The notes: a model not told the origin generated them from the sequence alone. DNA of 57,928 nucleotides, filler included, from Nemertoderma westbladi (GCA_032718475.1; 3 parts of 3 records of this genome joined end to end with filler, not necessarily neighbours in it); one strand, 5' to 3'; positions 35,006 through 47,963 are shown, counted from the whole stretch's first letter. Numbers and translations are program-made.

Positions 35006-35792
35006 CTTTTGTAAATATAGTTGTAAAACTATTAGATGCTAGATAAGATATTATATGGAATAAACGAGACATTTTATATTAAGTGTTTTAAAAGTATTTT
35101 TATAAAAAATTTCCGGGGCACTAAATCCGGCTCCTATAAATTGTTAAACAAAAATGGTCAAAATCGAATTTATCCAAAATATTATAGATAATACATTAAC
35201 AATAATTGTTTGTGGCGAAAAATACGATTTATCCGTTACCATTGAAACGAGCACGGTGTCCCTCATCTTATTCCCACAATAAACCTACCATTGACAACAA
35301 CACAATCCATTGTTCTCAGAGTGGCCTCCACATTTTGTTTCGTGTCAATGTAGTCTCCCAAGTTATCCACTCACATAAAATTACGTCATAATATTCCAAA
35401 TAAAACAGCGCCAAGGAACTAACTAAGCATAATTATAATTAATCAAATTAAATTAGCAATAAAAATTTCTACAATAAAATAAAATTGCATCACAACGATT
35501 ATTAGTCTGCCTATATAATTAAATATGATTATAAATGTAAATGATTGACGTCAAGAAATTATAGTAAAGGAAGAATTTTTACCTCATAGCACTACAACTT
35601 ATGGCGGGTTAGCTAGGCGGGGGGGGGGGGGGGGGGGGGGATTTAAATTACGGGAAAAAAAATCAATAATAAAATACGAAAATAATGGCTATTACAGTAA
35701 ATTACTGTAGTAATAGAATTAATAATTATTATTTTACAACTAAATAGTAAAATCTCTCTCCAACGCCATCCAACGGTAAACGATTGCATCTA

Positions 35793-38229
35793 TTACAAAG
35801 CAACGCCCCCAGCGGAACCGGGGTGGTGTCCATTCCGACTGTGCAGTCTTGGTGAGGGTTGTCCTAACAACGAGGCGATCAACCTTGGGAGCGACGGAAT
35901 TGCTGAGGACCTACCGGTTTGGCTCTCCTTCCGACTGCACGAGAGGAGTTCGGATATCCCGGAGGAACGGCGCGGGTGTCTGCGATCGGTGGCCACGGAT
36001 GACGCTGATTCCACGCGACTCAGATCCAGCGAGCGGCCCTTCTCCTTGCGGTGTATGAGACTCCACCGACGGCGACGGGCCCGACGGCCGCCCACCGCGC
36101 CCGGACACTCGACCACGTGCTCCGGCGACTGCGGGAGACTCCGACACGCCGGGATCCACGGCTGGCGACCGCTCCGGGGCGAGCCGGACGACTCGCTGGC
36201 CGGGATCCACGGCTGCCGACCGCTCCGGGGCGAGCCGGACGACTCACTGTCGCCGAGTCGCGCCAGAAGATCGCACGAGACGTAGTGCGGGGCCTCGTCG
36301 GGTGACGTCGTCGACACAGAGGGGCGGCATGACGTCACAACTACGTCGTAAGTTCGAGAGCTACTTGATTGCTTAGCAACAGGTTGATCGGCGTCTTTAG
36401 TTGAGGTAGCAACGGAATATTGACCAATCTGATTGGATTCCTGAGAAACTCGGCGAAGAGACTCCACATCGCAATCACCGCCGAATGAGTTGGGCGGGAT
36501 GGAGTGCGTGGGAGTTTTCGCCTTGAGCTGCATGTGTATTACGATCTCGAATCGTTTCCGGGAGTTTGGGCTGACCTTCTCGATGCCGTCGGGTTGCACC
36601 TCCCCAGGATCGGTTCCCTCGAGCAGCCGAGGCCGGACGGCCGATAATCGTGCCTCCCGTGTTCTACTGGGCGACGGATCGCAGCTGCTAGCCGCGAGGT
36701 TGTACGAGGTTCTCACGCTGAACTCTAGTGAGGTCTCATCGCATGCGATACTGTGCCGCGCGGATGAATGTTTGGCGGCGCCGGTTGTGGGACCCTTCCT
36801 GCGTCGACGAGGCGGAGGGATGGGCTGGTCCATCATCGGGTTGAATTCCTCCATTATCGGAGGGATTGAATCCACTTCCACCGGCGGTGGTCTATCTGGA
36901 GAACCGTTGGTGTCAGGTACGTGGGGACCCAAGGAATCTGTTTCCTTATCAGAGTTAGATAGTTTCAGCGGAACTTCTGACTGTAATAGTGATCCTTGAT
37001 ATTTACATTTATCACCTGTAACAGCTGGATCACATTCGTTATTATCATATTTTTTAGAAACTCGTTCAATGCAATCTAATGCCCCAACTCGACCATCGCT
37101 ACCCAACTCATTTGGGATAGAGTCATCTAAAATACATTTATCATCACAACCTACAACACCGCCCCCCACATTAACGCTGTCCACGACAACGCCACCATCA
37201 TTACCCGGCACTACGAATTGGTCACTTAGTTGCGCGTTTTCGTCAACTTTCGGGCAGTTATTCCGCACCCATAATTGAATATCGGTAAGAAAGTTATCAA
37301 TTGTATTCATATCCTCGTCGACTTGTAGTCCATCATCACCCGGTGGTTCCACGGTCAGGTCGAGATCGTCCGTATTGGTTACCACGGTCAGGTCGAGATC
37401 GTCCGTATTGGTTACTTTACCAACTTTCTCAATGGTTTCTCTATCAACGTCGTCTTCGTCACCGCTAAACGCGTCGACTTCACTGACTACCAGAGGGACC
37501 CTGACGTTTATAACCTCATCATGGAGTCCCTCGTCAAAGTCCCCGATGAAATCGTCGCACTTGGCGTCGAGTTTCCGTAGTTCAGGAGCGGTGTCGCCTC
37601 GCTTCATATCGCCGCCTCCGAAGTGGAAGTTCGGGCTCATATCGGCGCCGTCCGGGGAGGTACGACGGAGTTTAGCGATGCCCTGAGCCCACTCCTCGTC
37701 GTTCAATGAGTCATCGGATTCGGCGGAGCGTAGAGCCGGCATGCTCGAGGTGATATCGGGAGCGGCGGAGGCGCTCGGCAGCTTCAGAATGTTGTCGCAG
37801 CTGAGGATCATCTCGGAAACGCCGGTGGAACCGGTGGAGATGATGGAGAAACCGCGTGACTGTTTGGGGAGATTGTTACATGGGACGCGGTGGGAAGGAT
37901 GGAGGACGGGTGGGTGGGGGCCCGTGGGTTGGTGGACCGTGGGGTGTGGGGCTGTAGGGTAGGGGACCGTGGGGTAGACCGGAACAGTTCGTAGACCTAA
38001 GGGTCGCTCAACCTGCGACCTCAGGGAGTCTGTCTGTCGGCCAGGCGGTGACCCGCCCAGGATTGTTGCCACCGGGGATAGACGCATGCCACTGTGTTCG
38101 GTTGTCGAATAGTCTATGGAGTGGCTCTTTGTGATCCTGGGACGCACTGTTTCTAACGGCGCCGGGTATCTGTCGAAACGAACGCATTCCTGGAATATTG
38201 TATGTTTGAGACAGACAACAGTAGAACAT
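35793..38229 (-). CDS. Terminal exon of CDKL-family kinase: end of kinase domain plus ~790-aa low-complexity tail
   Basis: Acceptor ttgcag at 38230-31. The phase-2 join to exon 47584-47848 gives LDPEDR|CSTVVCLKHTIF (subdomain XI), in frame with ORF 35793..38147. Confidence 0.85.
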
Positions 38230-38407
38230 CTGCAACAAATGAATAGGAAAGGTTAAATAATGGGCAATTGTAGGCAAACTCGTGAATAAGATAAACTAGA
38301 TAATATGTTTAATTTTGGTACATATCATTAATAATCTCTCATTTTGGGAGGATCAAAGCTATACTGAATGTCTTGTCTACTGGTGCAATATCGATGGTGA
38401 CACGTCT

Positions 38408-38742
38408 TCCTACTACGATCGGCATGTTGGATTGCAGCTGCAATGCAGCTGCTATCTCGTATAGGTTTGTCAATTATATATACAGTATATTACATAAATA
38501 TTAAGAATGCAGTGCCGGCTTGTCGACAAAATTGCGCCACCACAACTTCCTATCACCCATGACATTTGCTAGATTATCCGCATCTTCAAGGCCAGTGTCC
38601 TTTAAGATTTTTCTCAAGAAAGTCATGGGCTGTCCACCATGCTTATTCACTCCATGAGGCTGCAAAAGTACAAGATTATGCACTGGCTGGTCCTCACGGC
38701 AAATCAATGACCTGCAAAGCGGAGGCGGTTCCGTTCAAGTGT
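38408..38742 (-). mobile_element. RTE family A 3' fragment
   Basis: REDQPVHNLVL...NFVDKP; 3'UTR GCAGCTGC hairpin and short TAG tail. Confidence 0.85.
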
Positions 38743-39795
38743 AAAACTTCTTCCAAACAAATTAGGAGAAAGTTTGAAAGCGAGAAACTTGGAAGTACCC
38801 ACTAACTAAAGAGTTCAAACAGAAACCATCGCTTTTTCAAATTTTATCTCATTAAGATTTGTATTAAAATGAAGGCGATGATGGTGTGGAGGCGGGGGGG
38901 GGGGGTTAGATTAAGACACAAATTTCAAGTTCCAGGACGTGGTGTACAGTGTACATAATATAGTGAATTAAAAATTAAAATAATTAATAGAGTAACAAAA
39001 TCGCAACAAAAAAGCTATCGGCTTCCCAACGGACATTAGCCATCAAGTTAATGAACTAAAGGAAAAACCCTTAAGCACTCAAATTATCACTTTTTATGAT
39101 GACACTACACTAGTACTCGACTGTTGGCTCATTCAAAACGCTATCATCGATGTTGTCGCCGTCGGGATAATCCGTTGATTAATTCTACAGATTCTACAAA
39201 ATACTGTACGGGTGGGGGGTTGTCTCAATTTAACCCATGGGATATAACTAAACGACTACTACAACTACAATATCGAACGAGGTAGGATATGATTGTGAAT
39301 AATCTCTTATAGGTTTGTCCAGTTAGGTCACGTTTGCTTCTCCACACGATGACATTTATGTGTAATACGATCGATCCGTGTAGGTTTGTTCATTTGGGTC
39401 ACGTTTGGTTTGCCAGACGCTGATTCGTTCTATGTCATTGACCCCAACTCTCACCAGCTCATATGTGTAATAGGTTCGAAACGTAACTGTTTAGCCAACC
39501 AGATCCCGATTTGCATAATGTCTGGCTATAAAAGGCGATGTTTCGTCACTTTCCTCCCCTCTTGCATCTTTACCATCTGCCTGCGGAAGCCCCTGACCTT
39601 TACAACAACAGTAAAACATTTTCTATTTTTAGCGGCATTTTTATCTGTAATAATGCACCCTAAAAATATTATTAATATTTTTAGCTACCGGTACTGTATA
39701 TATTAACGTATATACTCTTAAACACTGACTGCTGGACTGCTACTGTCAGACAGTAGGCAGGTAGGCCTACTGGTCCGTAGCTACTGTCAGACTGT

Positions 39796-40713
39796 ATGTA
39801 TAACCGGTATTCAAGCCTCAGTATGAGTGAAACTGGAGTTAGTGGAGATTGTCCGGATAGACAATCAAATCAAATCAGTCAAATGGAGACAGATAGTCTT
39901 AATATACGAATAATGAGACAAATGTCACGAGAACAGCTACTCAGGAAATACAACAAAGATAAACTTGCGGAAGCAATCGTGCGAAGCGGTAGCTTCGCCG
40001 GAACTCAGGAAGATTCTGGAATCAGTTTAGAAACACTAACGTCCGTACTACAGGATAACAATGAAGTCCTTGTTAAGAAAATTAAGGAAGATCTATATGC
40101 TGAATTAAATGATAAGATCGACGAGAAAATAGACGCAGCTACTACAGCGATTAGATCGGAAATGGACGAGAAGTTCGAAGAGTTTAACGAAAAGCTTAAG
40201 TCATCCAACGCGGGGAGTGGTGCCGAAGCAGTGGCGGTAGTTGTTGCCAATCGTGTCAAGCTACGAAATCAATCTAGTGTACTCGAAATAGCTCAAGAGA
40301 TCATTAGTACAATAAAGTCGGGTATAAAGGTACTGTCGGCTGAGCGTATTGGCTTTGGTTACCGCACGGGAGAAGGCAATCAATCATCAGACCAAACTGT
40401 TTCTCTACGAGTCGTCCTGGAAACTGAGCAAGATCGTTTAGGGATATTGAAAGCTAAAAGTGCGCTCCGTGGCACTAAATTTAAGTCAGTGTTTGTGACA
40501 CATGAGAAAACTAAGGCCGAGCTCACTGCGGAACGCAACGTGAGGAAGATTCTGCATTCCCAACCCTTCAAAGGAGGTTCTTTGGTAATAAATGCTGATG
40601 GAATCGTCGTTGATCGGAGAGTTCCGGTTGTATCTCAAACTGGTGCGAATGGAATTTCCCGGGGAGGGGTCGGTAGCGCTAGTATGGGTGCGGAAACGAA
40701 TAGTACCGATTAG
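39796..40713 (+). CDS. LINE ORF1 protein
   Basis: 305 aa with a heptad/charged region then ERIG...LRVVL...KSVFVTHEKT, directly upstream of ORF2. Confidence 0.8.
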   Translation: MYNRYSSLSMSETGVSGDCPDRQSNQISQMETDSLNIRIMRQMSREQLLRKYNKDKLAEAIVRSGSFAGTQEDSGISLETLTSVLQDNNEVLVKKIKEDLYAELNDKIDEKIDAATTAIRSEMDEKFEEFNEKLKSSNAGSGAEAVAVVVANRVKLRNQSSVLEIAQEIISTIKSGIKVLSAERIGFGYRTGEGNQSSDQTVSLRVVLETEQDRLGILKAKSALRGTKFKSVFVTHEKTKAELTAERNVRKILHSQPFKGGSLVINADGIVVDRRVPVVSQTGANGISRGGVGSASMGAETNSTD

Positions 40714-43700
40714 GACTCATGCCCCTTGCCAAACTGTTTGACATTTGCCACATATAATGTAAATGGGTGGACTTTAAACAATAAGGCATTGAGACAAGAA
40801 ATACTCGTTCGAGAGAATATTGATGTAGCTATTATTACTGAAACTCATAATTTACCAGAAGAAGATATTAGTTTTAAACTTGGTGAAAGTTATTATAAAT
40901 GGATAGGTCATCCAAGGACAATCGTACATAAGCGTGCATCACACGCATTTGGTGGTGTGGGAATCTTTTTATCGCAACAAACTCTTGAGAGATATACTTA
41001 TACAATTGTTGACAAATCGTACGATGGCATACTCGGGATTAAACTCACCAGTCGATATAACGATGAAACCTTTCTTGTATTTGCGTGCTATCTACCGCCC
41101 GAAAACTCAACCTATGGACGGGATTCCGTTGAATTTTACAGTTCGCTGCTATCCTCTGTTTATTTATATGGCGAAGCCGTTGATCACATTTTAGCTGCAG
41201 GGGACATTAACGGTAGAGTTGGTAATTTGGCAGATGTCATTCTGGGTCTTGATGACGATAACATACCTCACCGCCTTCCCATTGATCCAGAGATTAACTC
41301 GCACGGTCAGTATGCCAGTCTTATAGACTTTTGCAAAGAGAGCTGTATGTGCATCGCTAATGGAAGAATTACTCCTCAATACGATAATTTTACATCAATT
41401 CATACCAATGGAAGCTCAGTAGTTGACTACTTTCTACTAACTCATCACTCGCTCAAACAGTGTGATAAGCTGGAGGTTAAATCCGGCTCCGACCTAGTGA
41501 CTAAACATAATTTAGCGCATCTTCTGTTTGGAAATAGCAAATTACCTGATCACTCTTTGGTAAAGTTAACATTTAATACTGACAATTTAGTGCAGAGTAA
41601 CCTTGTCGACGATAAACAAACTGATAGTCAAACTACTAACCATGGAGAAAGTAAGAAATGGCGAGTAAACGATATTCCCCCTGGGTTCATGCATTCTGAA
41701 ACATGGTTTTGTACTATAAGTTTACTTTGCCAACGTATTTTAGAGTTTAGGGAACATCAACTACATATTGACACAGTATACAATGATATCTGTGATGATA
41801 TTTACGAAGAAATGAAGTGTTACTTGCAACCCTCATCAGTGCAGAAATCTACGCGGAAACGTCTTAAAACAAATAAACCGTTCTGGGACGCTGATCTAAC
41901 TGAACTGTGGAAAACTTATCATAAAAGTGAAAAACTACTACTTCAGGAAAAGAAGAACAAGGCTAGTAAAGCGCGGTTAGAATATCTACAAGACAATTTC
42001 AAAAAGTCCCGACGAATATTCGATCGAACCCTGCGGAGGAAAGAACGTCAATATCAATGGCGCTCAAGGAATATAGTTGAAGAATTAAACACCAACGACC
42101 CGAAGCAATTCTGGAATTATCTGAAATCGCTTGGTCCGCGGAAAGATTCACGTATACCTTTCGAGGTAGAGAAAGATGGTGCAGTATCTAATGATCCCGC
42201 TGATGTTCTTAATCACTGGAGAGAAGGCTTTAGTAATCTACTTAACGCCGACATAAACCCGCCCTCGCGACTACCTCCTGGTGTCTTTTCTAGTAACGGC
42301 GAAAATTGTGAAAATGTAAGTAACTCGAATGAGTTCGCTTCAACTGTTTCACGCGAACGTGAGCAATTGGAATGGGTTCTCGATTCCCCGGCCTACGATC
42401 CCGATTCACCAGAAAACTGCAGTATAACTAGCGAGGATGTCGCACGTGCTGCAAAGAAGCTCAAATTTAACAAGTCGGTCGGCCCTGATAGTATTCCAAA
42501 TGAAATCCTGAAACGAGAATCTTTAAACGATTTATTAGCAACTTTATTTGATTCCATTTTCAAGGAGGGTGTCGTCCCTAGTATCTGGCTGAAGGCAGTG
42601 ATTAAGCCCATACCTAAAAGCACAATGACAGATTTTACATCACCATCAAGTTATCGTGGTATAAGCTTACTTTCCTGTATGAGCAAACTTTATACAAGTA
42701 TTTTAAATTCTAGAGTTTCAGAATTCTGCGATAAGAATAATACATTGGCGGAAGAGCAAAACGGGTTCAGAGCGGGTCGCTCGTGCGAAGATCATATTTA
42801 CCTTTTACATTCTATTATAAGCAACCGAATAAATTCCAGCAAGTCTACTTTTGTAGCCTTCGTAGATTTTTCGAAAGCTTTTGATTGCGTAGATAGGGAT
42901 TTGTTACTCTTTAGTTTACTTTCAGTTGGAATTGGCGGTAACTTGTATCGTAGTATAAAAGCCTTATACTCAGAAACTGTAGCCTCTGTTTTAGTTAATA
43001 ATTATCAGACCTCCTGGTTTCGTACTTTAAAGGGTGTAAGGCAAGGTGATAATTTATCTCTGGCACTTTTTAATATTTTCATTAATAGTCTAATAGAGGA
43101 TATAAAAGAGTGTAAATTAGGTGTTCAATTTGGTGATCTAATTTTCTCTATATTAGTTTATGCTGATGATGTGGTGCTTTTGGCTGAAACAGAATCTGAT
43201 CTACAGTTACTTTTAAATTGTTTGCACCGCTGGACCCAGCGATGGAAAATGACTGTTAATATATCTAAATCAGAAATAATCCATTTTCGCGGAGTGCGTC
43301 GACCATTAACTGAGTTTAAATTTTATATTGGTGAATCAGCTGTAAAAATTGTACATGATTATAGGTATCTTGGTGTATTTTTTGACGAATTTCTAAAATT
43401 CGACAAAGCGATTAAAACCTTAACAGACTCTGCTAAACGTGCATTTGGTGCAATAATTTCACGTTCTAAACTTGTTGGTGGTTTTTTCTATAATACATAC
43501 ACCTCTTTATATAATTCATGCGTTTGTCCCATCCTGGATTATGCGTCTGGTGTTTGGGGGTATCTAGCTGCACCAGATATTGATACTGTACACCGAAAGG
43601 TGATGCGATCATTCTTAGGTGTCCATAAGTTCACACCAAACTTGGCAGTTGAAGGTGAAATGGGCTGGATTTATCCTCAACACAGACGTTATCTTAGCTT

Positions 43701-44319
43701 GGCTAGGCGCTGGAACCGATTGGTGGAAATGACAGATGACCGTCTGCCTAAATAGATTTTTAATGTTGATCATGGTGACACCTCAGGGTGGTGCAATGAA
43801 ATGCTAAGTATTTTCAAGGTGCTTAATTTTACAGACTCTTACCATAGGAAACTTAAGGTTAATTTAAATAATTTTAGCAAATCATGCGATAAATATTTTG
43901 AAGATAAGTGGAGTTCTGAATTAAAATCGAAACCTAAACTACGTACCTATATTAAATTTAAAAGTATTTTCGGTGCAGAGCAATATGTTGTTAATAAGTG
44001 TGTTACACGTAGCCAGCGCAGTCTAATGGCTCAATTCCGGTGTGGAGTTCTTCCTCTAGCGATCGAGGTGGGTCGGTTCCAGGGCAGGTGATTAGAAGAC
44101 CGCATTTGCACTGTGTGCCGATCTGGCGAGATCGAGGATGAGGTCCACTTTCTGAGTGACTGTAGTGCTTTAGACCGCTCTTCTATACCACTAGATATAC
44201 GTAAATTAAATAATCAACAAAAACTTAAATATTTCATGTGCGATAATCAAGTTGGTGCGGTTAAATATTTATCTTCATTGTTTGATGAACGGAAAAATAT
44301 ATTGTACAATCATTTGTAA
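40714..44319 (+). CDS. LINE ORF2 endonuclease-reverse transcriptase, with in-frame stops at 43753 and 44089
   Basis: ORFs 40726..43755, 43801..44091 and 44113..44319 share one frame. Confidence 0.88.
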
Positions 44320-45312
44320 TTGATTACTGATTTGTAAATTCGAATATTTTCTCTATCATATATTTCAGCTATATTCAGTTTTGTCTATAATTATAGTTAT
44401 TCATCTCTCTTTTTAAATATATTTTTGTGTTATAGTGCTGTGCATTATTATAATCTGGTGTCTGGTAAGCCGCTAGCGGCTGGGGGCATGAGCCCATGAC
44501 ATTAAAATTCAATTCAATTCATTCAATTCAATTCAATAAATTAGTATTTCTGCAATTTCTCTAATATCTACACTCTGTATACTTAATAATTTACTTATAA
44601 CTGATACTAATGAAATAATATAATAGTTGGCAGTTCACATCAGATTCTCAATGTTTTCACTCAACTTCCTAAATACAGTCCACTTCAAACTCTTAAACGG
44701 GAGGCGTCGCATAGCCCTGCCACTTTAGAAACCAACGGATCGCGTGCAATCAACCTCTCAACTGCGCCGTTCCTCACATGATGATATAAGATCGAACGGG
44801 GTCGGACATGGTGATATAAGCATTTCTATTTATAGCATATATGAGGAGGGAGTTTAAAACAACATAAAGTGATTATTCATTGCACAAAAATATGATGTTG
44901 GCACAATCATTGGTTGCACCGGTATGGGGTTGCACAGCATCGCAGCTTCGCAGGACCAGTCTGTGCACAATTTTGTGCTTTGGCAGCCTCATGGAGAAAA
45001 CAATCATTATTGTGGACAGCCCATCAGATTTTTTGACAATTCAATTGGAGCCTCAGAGGTAAATGATTGATTACCCCACGGCATGCTGGCATGATGGGTT
45101 GTTTTGTTACCTCTCTGACTAGATTGTCAAACCAATATGAGTACAGTTTAGTATGATAGTATATTGTATGGTAGCTGGGTAGTGCCACAGTAAGGTAGCG
45201 GTAGTTCTGTAATTATACAGCTGTACCAGATCGGTCATCAGTAGTATATTACTGCAGTAGTACTGTTGTAGTACAGTAGACCGGCCACGGATGTTATACA
45301 GTTATATCTATA

Positions 45313-46494
45313 ATGTCAGTGTCGCTGTTCCAGGGATACCAGATCAGTGTCGGAGACAATAAAGCCGCTGTCATCCTCGACATTGGCGAGGCCTACACCA
45401 AAGCTGGACTGGCGGGAGCTCCGGGACCGCAATGCATAATCCCATCGGAAGTCCGCTGTCGGGAATCCGGCAAGATCGTGAAACTCCGTGACTGTTTCGG
45501 GGACACCAACCAACTCTACGACATTCTGGTAGAACACCTCCACGCGTTATACTTCCGATACCTTCTAGTAAACCCAAAGGAATGTCGGGTGGTTGTCACC
45601 GAGTCTTTATTTTCTGCCACCAACGTCCGCGAGACGATCGCCAAGGTCCTTTTCAAACACTACGAGGTTCCTTCCGTGCTGTTCGCCCCTGGGCATCTGA
45701 TGGCCCTGTTTACCCTGGGCATCGAGACCGCGTTGGTACTGGACGTTGGCTACCGCGAGTGTCTGGCGGTCCCGGTGGTTCACGGAGTCCCGTTGGTCCC
45801 GCAGACTCGCTGCCTGCCCACCGGGGGCAAGGCGTTGCACGCCGAGTTGCGACTCCTACTGAGCGAGGCGGTGGTCCGCTGTGCGGACGGAGTGGACCGC
45901 CCGTTGCTATCGTTACCGGGGGACACCCTTACCGAGGATGCCATAGAGGATATAAAGGTTCGGGGGTGTTTCGTAGCTAATCGAGATCGCTCTGAGCAAC
46001 CCCCTCCTCCAGTCTCCTACCCTCTCGGAGGCGACAGAGTTCTCCTCGTAGAAGGACGAGTTCGCGAATCTCTCATGGAGAATTTCTTCCTCCCAGACGA
46101 CGAGGGCCGTTCCCTCGCTTCCATCCTACACGACGCGGTGCTCGCAGCCCCGATAGACGCGCGTCGCGGGTTGCTAGGCAACGTGGTAGTGACGGGGGGC
46201 GGTGCCATGGTCCCGGGGTTCCAACACCGACTCATGGCGGAACTCCGGGAGTTGGTGGCCTCGTCCAACCGACTATCACCGGACGCGGTGAAGTTCCACG
46301 AACCCCCCGCCAAGGAGAACTGCGTCGCCTGGCTGGGAGCCGCAATACTCGGTTCCTTGGAGGTCCTTGAACTCCGGTCTATACAACGTAGTCAGTACCT
46401 TAAGCTGGGGAGGGTACCAGACTGGTGCACATTGACTCAACCAGACCTGGTTCCTTTCCTAACCAGTCAAACATCATCTAGGAGGTTGCTATAA
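45313..46494 (+). CDS. ACTR10: Actin-related protein 10 (dynactin Arp11), intronless, nested antisense in kinase intron
   Basis: VILDIGEAYTKAG, LYFRYLLVNPK, KVLFKHYEVPSV, EDIKVR.CFV, PPAKENCVAWLG, VPDW motifs; AATAAA at ~46720. Confidence 0.95.
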   Translation: MSVSLFQGYQISVGDNKAAVILDIGEAYTKAGLAGAPGPQCIIPSEVRCRESGKIVKLRDCFGDTNQLYDILVEHLHALYFRYLLVNPKECRVVVTESLFSATNVRETIAKVLFKHYEVPSVLFAPGHLMALFTLGIETALVLDVGYRECLAVPVVHGVPLVPQTRCLPTGGKALHAELRLLLSEAVVRCADGVDRPLLSLPGDTLTEDAIEDIKVRGCFVANRDRSEQPPPPVSYPLGGDRVLLVEGRVRESLMENFFLPDDEGRSLASILHDAVLAAPIDARRGLLGNVVVTGGGAMVPGFQHRLMAELRELVASSNRLSPDAVKFHEPPAKENCVAWLGAAILGSLEVLELRSIQRSQYLKLGRVPDWCTLTQPDLVPFLTSQTSSRRLL

Positions 46495-47583
46495 ACTTAA
46501 CTTAATTATTTACTACCAAGAATGGGATTACCTAAAACAATTTATTCCTCATTATAATCATATTTATTTAGAATGTTTGCTGTGCACAGCGCAGCAGTGC
46601 AAAGGATATGTGTTGTACAGCAACAAAACGATTTCATATTTATTTATCCCCTTCCCTTCATATTCATTTTAACACATTTATAAATATAGTCTTCCACTCA
46701 AGCGCAATCATAGTCGTTAAATAAAGTAAATTAAGTATGCTCTATCACACTGCAGGCGCCACTTTTTATAAGGAAAACATGCCTAGCATTATCTTGCTTG
46801 GCTGTCTTGGGTTACTCAATGACTAGTTTTTGGTATGTTTTGTAGGTCAGTAGGTACTGACTGGGATATTGGTTTTTTTTTTTTTTTGGTTAGGGTAAGT
46901 TGGTCAGGCACAAACCATAATTAAAGCAGTAATTGAACCCCAACCCTAATGATGTCTAATCTAAGACATTTTGTGGAATTGATGACTATTTGCTATTGGC
47001 CCGAAGGGACAATAGACAATAGTAATGTCCGAAATTACATAAAATTTACTAGATTAGAGCCTCATGACTTAAGGTTAGGGTTAAATTACTGCTTTACTTA
47101 GGGTTTCGGACGCCACTATTGTAACCTGCGCTGCCCCCGAGAACCGTGGCATCTAGTGTGTTATCCCACACTTGTAAATTTATTGATAATAAGTCCAATT
47201 TTATTTACAGGTTGCGGCTGTCAATGACAAATGTTTTCTTGGGTTTCTGTTATTTAATATTATTGTATCTCTTATGGTGCTGTTTATTTATATTAATTAT
47301 TTTCAGTTTGAAATTATTAATTTCATGTTGTATATCAATATCAATAACAACTGGCAGTAATATATCAGTTTGGTATTATAAAATAAGTGTTTTCTTTAAA
47401 TTGTTGGTAGGCGGGTCTAGGTGGTTAATGGGTACAGATACCCAACCCAACTAGTAATCACTAACACAGCTGGATTGCAAAATTATAACTGGCTGGTGTT
47501 TTGAAGTATATCGATATTTAGTAGTTATGTGACCCAATGCGTTCGCAGTCCCTACCCTGCACTAAAATAATGCCTTTGCTTAC

Positions 47584-47848
47584 CTGTCTTCCGGGTCCAA
47601 GCACAAACACATTGAGATGAATTCTTGCAACTCCGGTTTCACTTTGTCCCCGAGGCGGTCCGATAAGGTTCCGTGAGCTTTTCTCATCTTCGGAAACTTC
47701 AATTTGGAGAACTTTGAGTATTTATAGAAAGCGCTGACATGTGAAGATATAAAAGGACCCAGAAACATCTGAATCTTGACGATTTGGTCGAGTTCAGTCT
47801 TCCCGGGAAATAAAGGTCTTCCTGTTGCTAATTCTGATATCAGACAAC
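47584..47848 (-). CDS. Internal exon of CDKL-family (CDKL5-like) kinase, subdomains IX-XI
   Basis: GCLISELATGRPLFPGKTELDQIVKIQMFLGP...FY...F..LKFP...LCLDPEDR; acceptor ttccatag, donor AG|GTAAGC. Upstream exons were not found (a gap follows). Confidence 0.85.
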
Positions 47849-47963
47849 CTATGGAAAATAAATTCATATTATAAGATAAAAGGCGTTCATTGTCCTGCCC
47901 ACAAATCAGTTATTTATCAATCGTTCAATGCATTTTTATATCTCACAAATAGCACCATTCATA

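Larger units (their letters stand above)
39796..44537 (+). mobile_element. Near full-length two-ORF non-LTR retrotransposon (APE + RT + C-terminal CCHC; RTE-X-like, clade unverified)
   Basis: ORF1 39796..40713 (coiled coil, RRM-like). ORF2 has YNVNG, AGDINGR, VVDY, PDH, VRQGDNLS, YADD, YLG and ICTVC..EDEVHFLSDC. 3' hairpins and an (ATTCA)n tail follow. The 5'UTR extent is uncertain. Confidence 0.93.

Noticed and set aside
35849-37962. Plus-strand and alternate-frame ORFs over the kinase exon (likewise over PCNA and ACTR10)
   Set aside because: Shadow ORFs of GC-rich coding sequence with no recognisable motifs.
46830-47130. Telomere-like ttagggtt motifs
   Set aside because: Scattered motifs in a probable small dispersed repeat (similar ends near 25910-25960), not a telomeric tract; too weak to classify.
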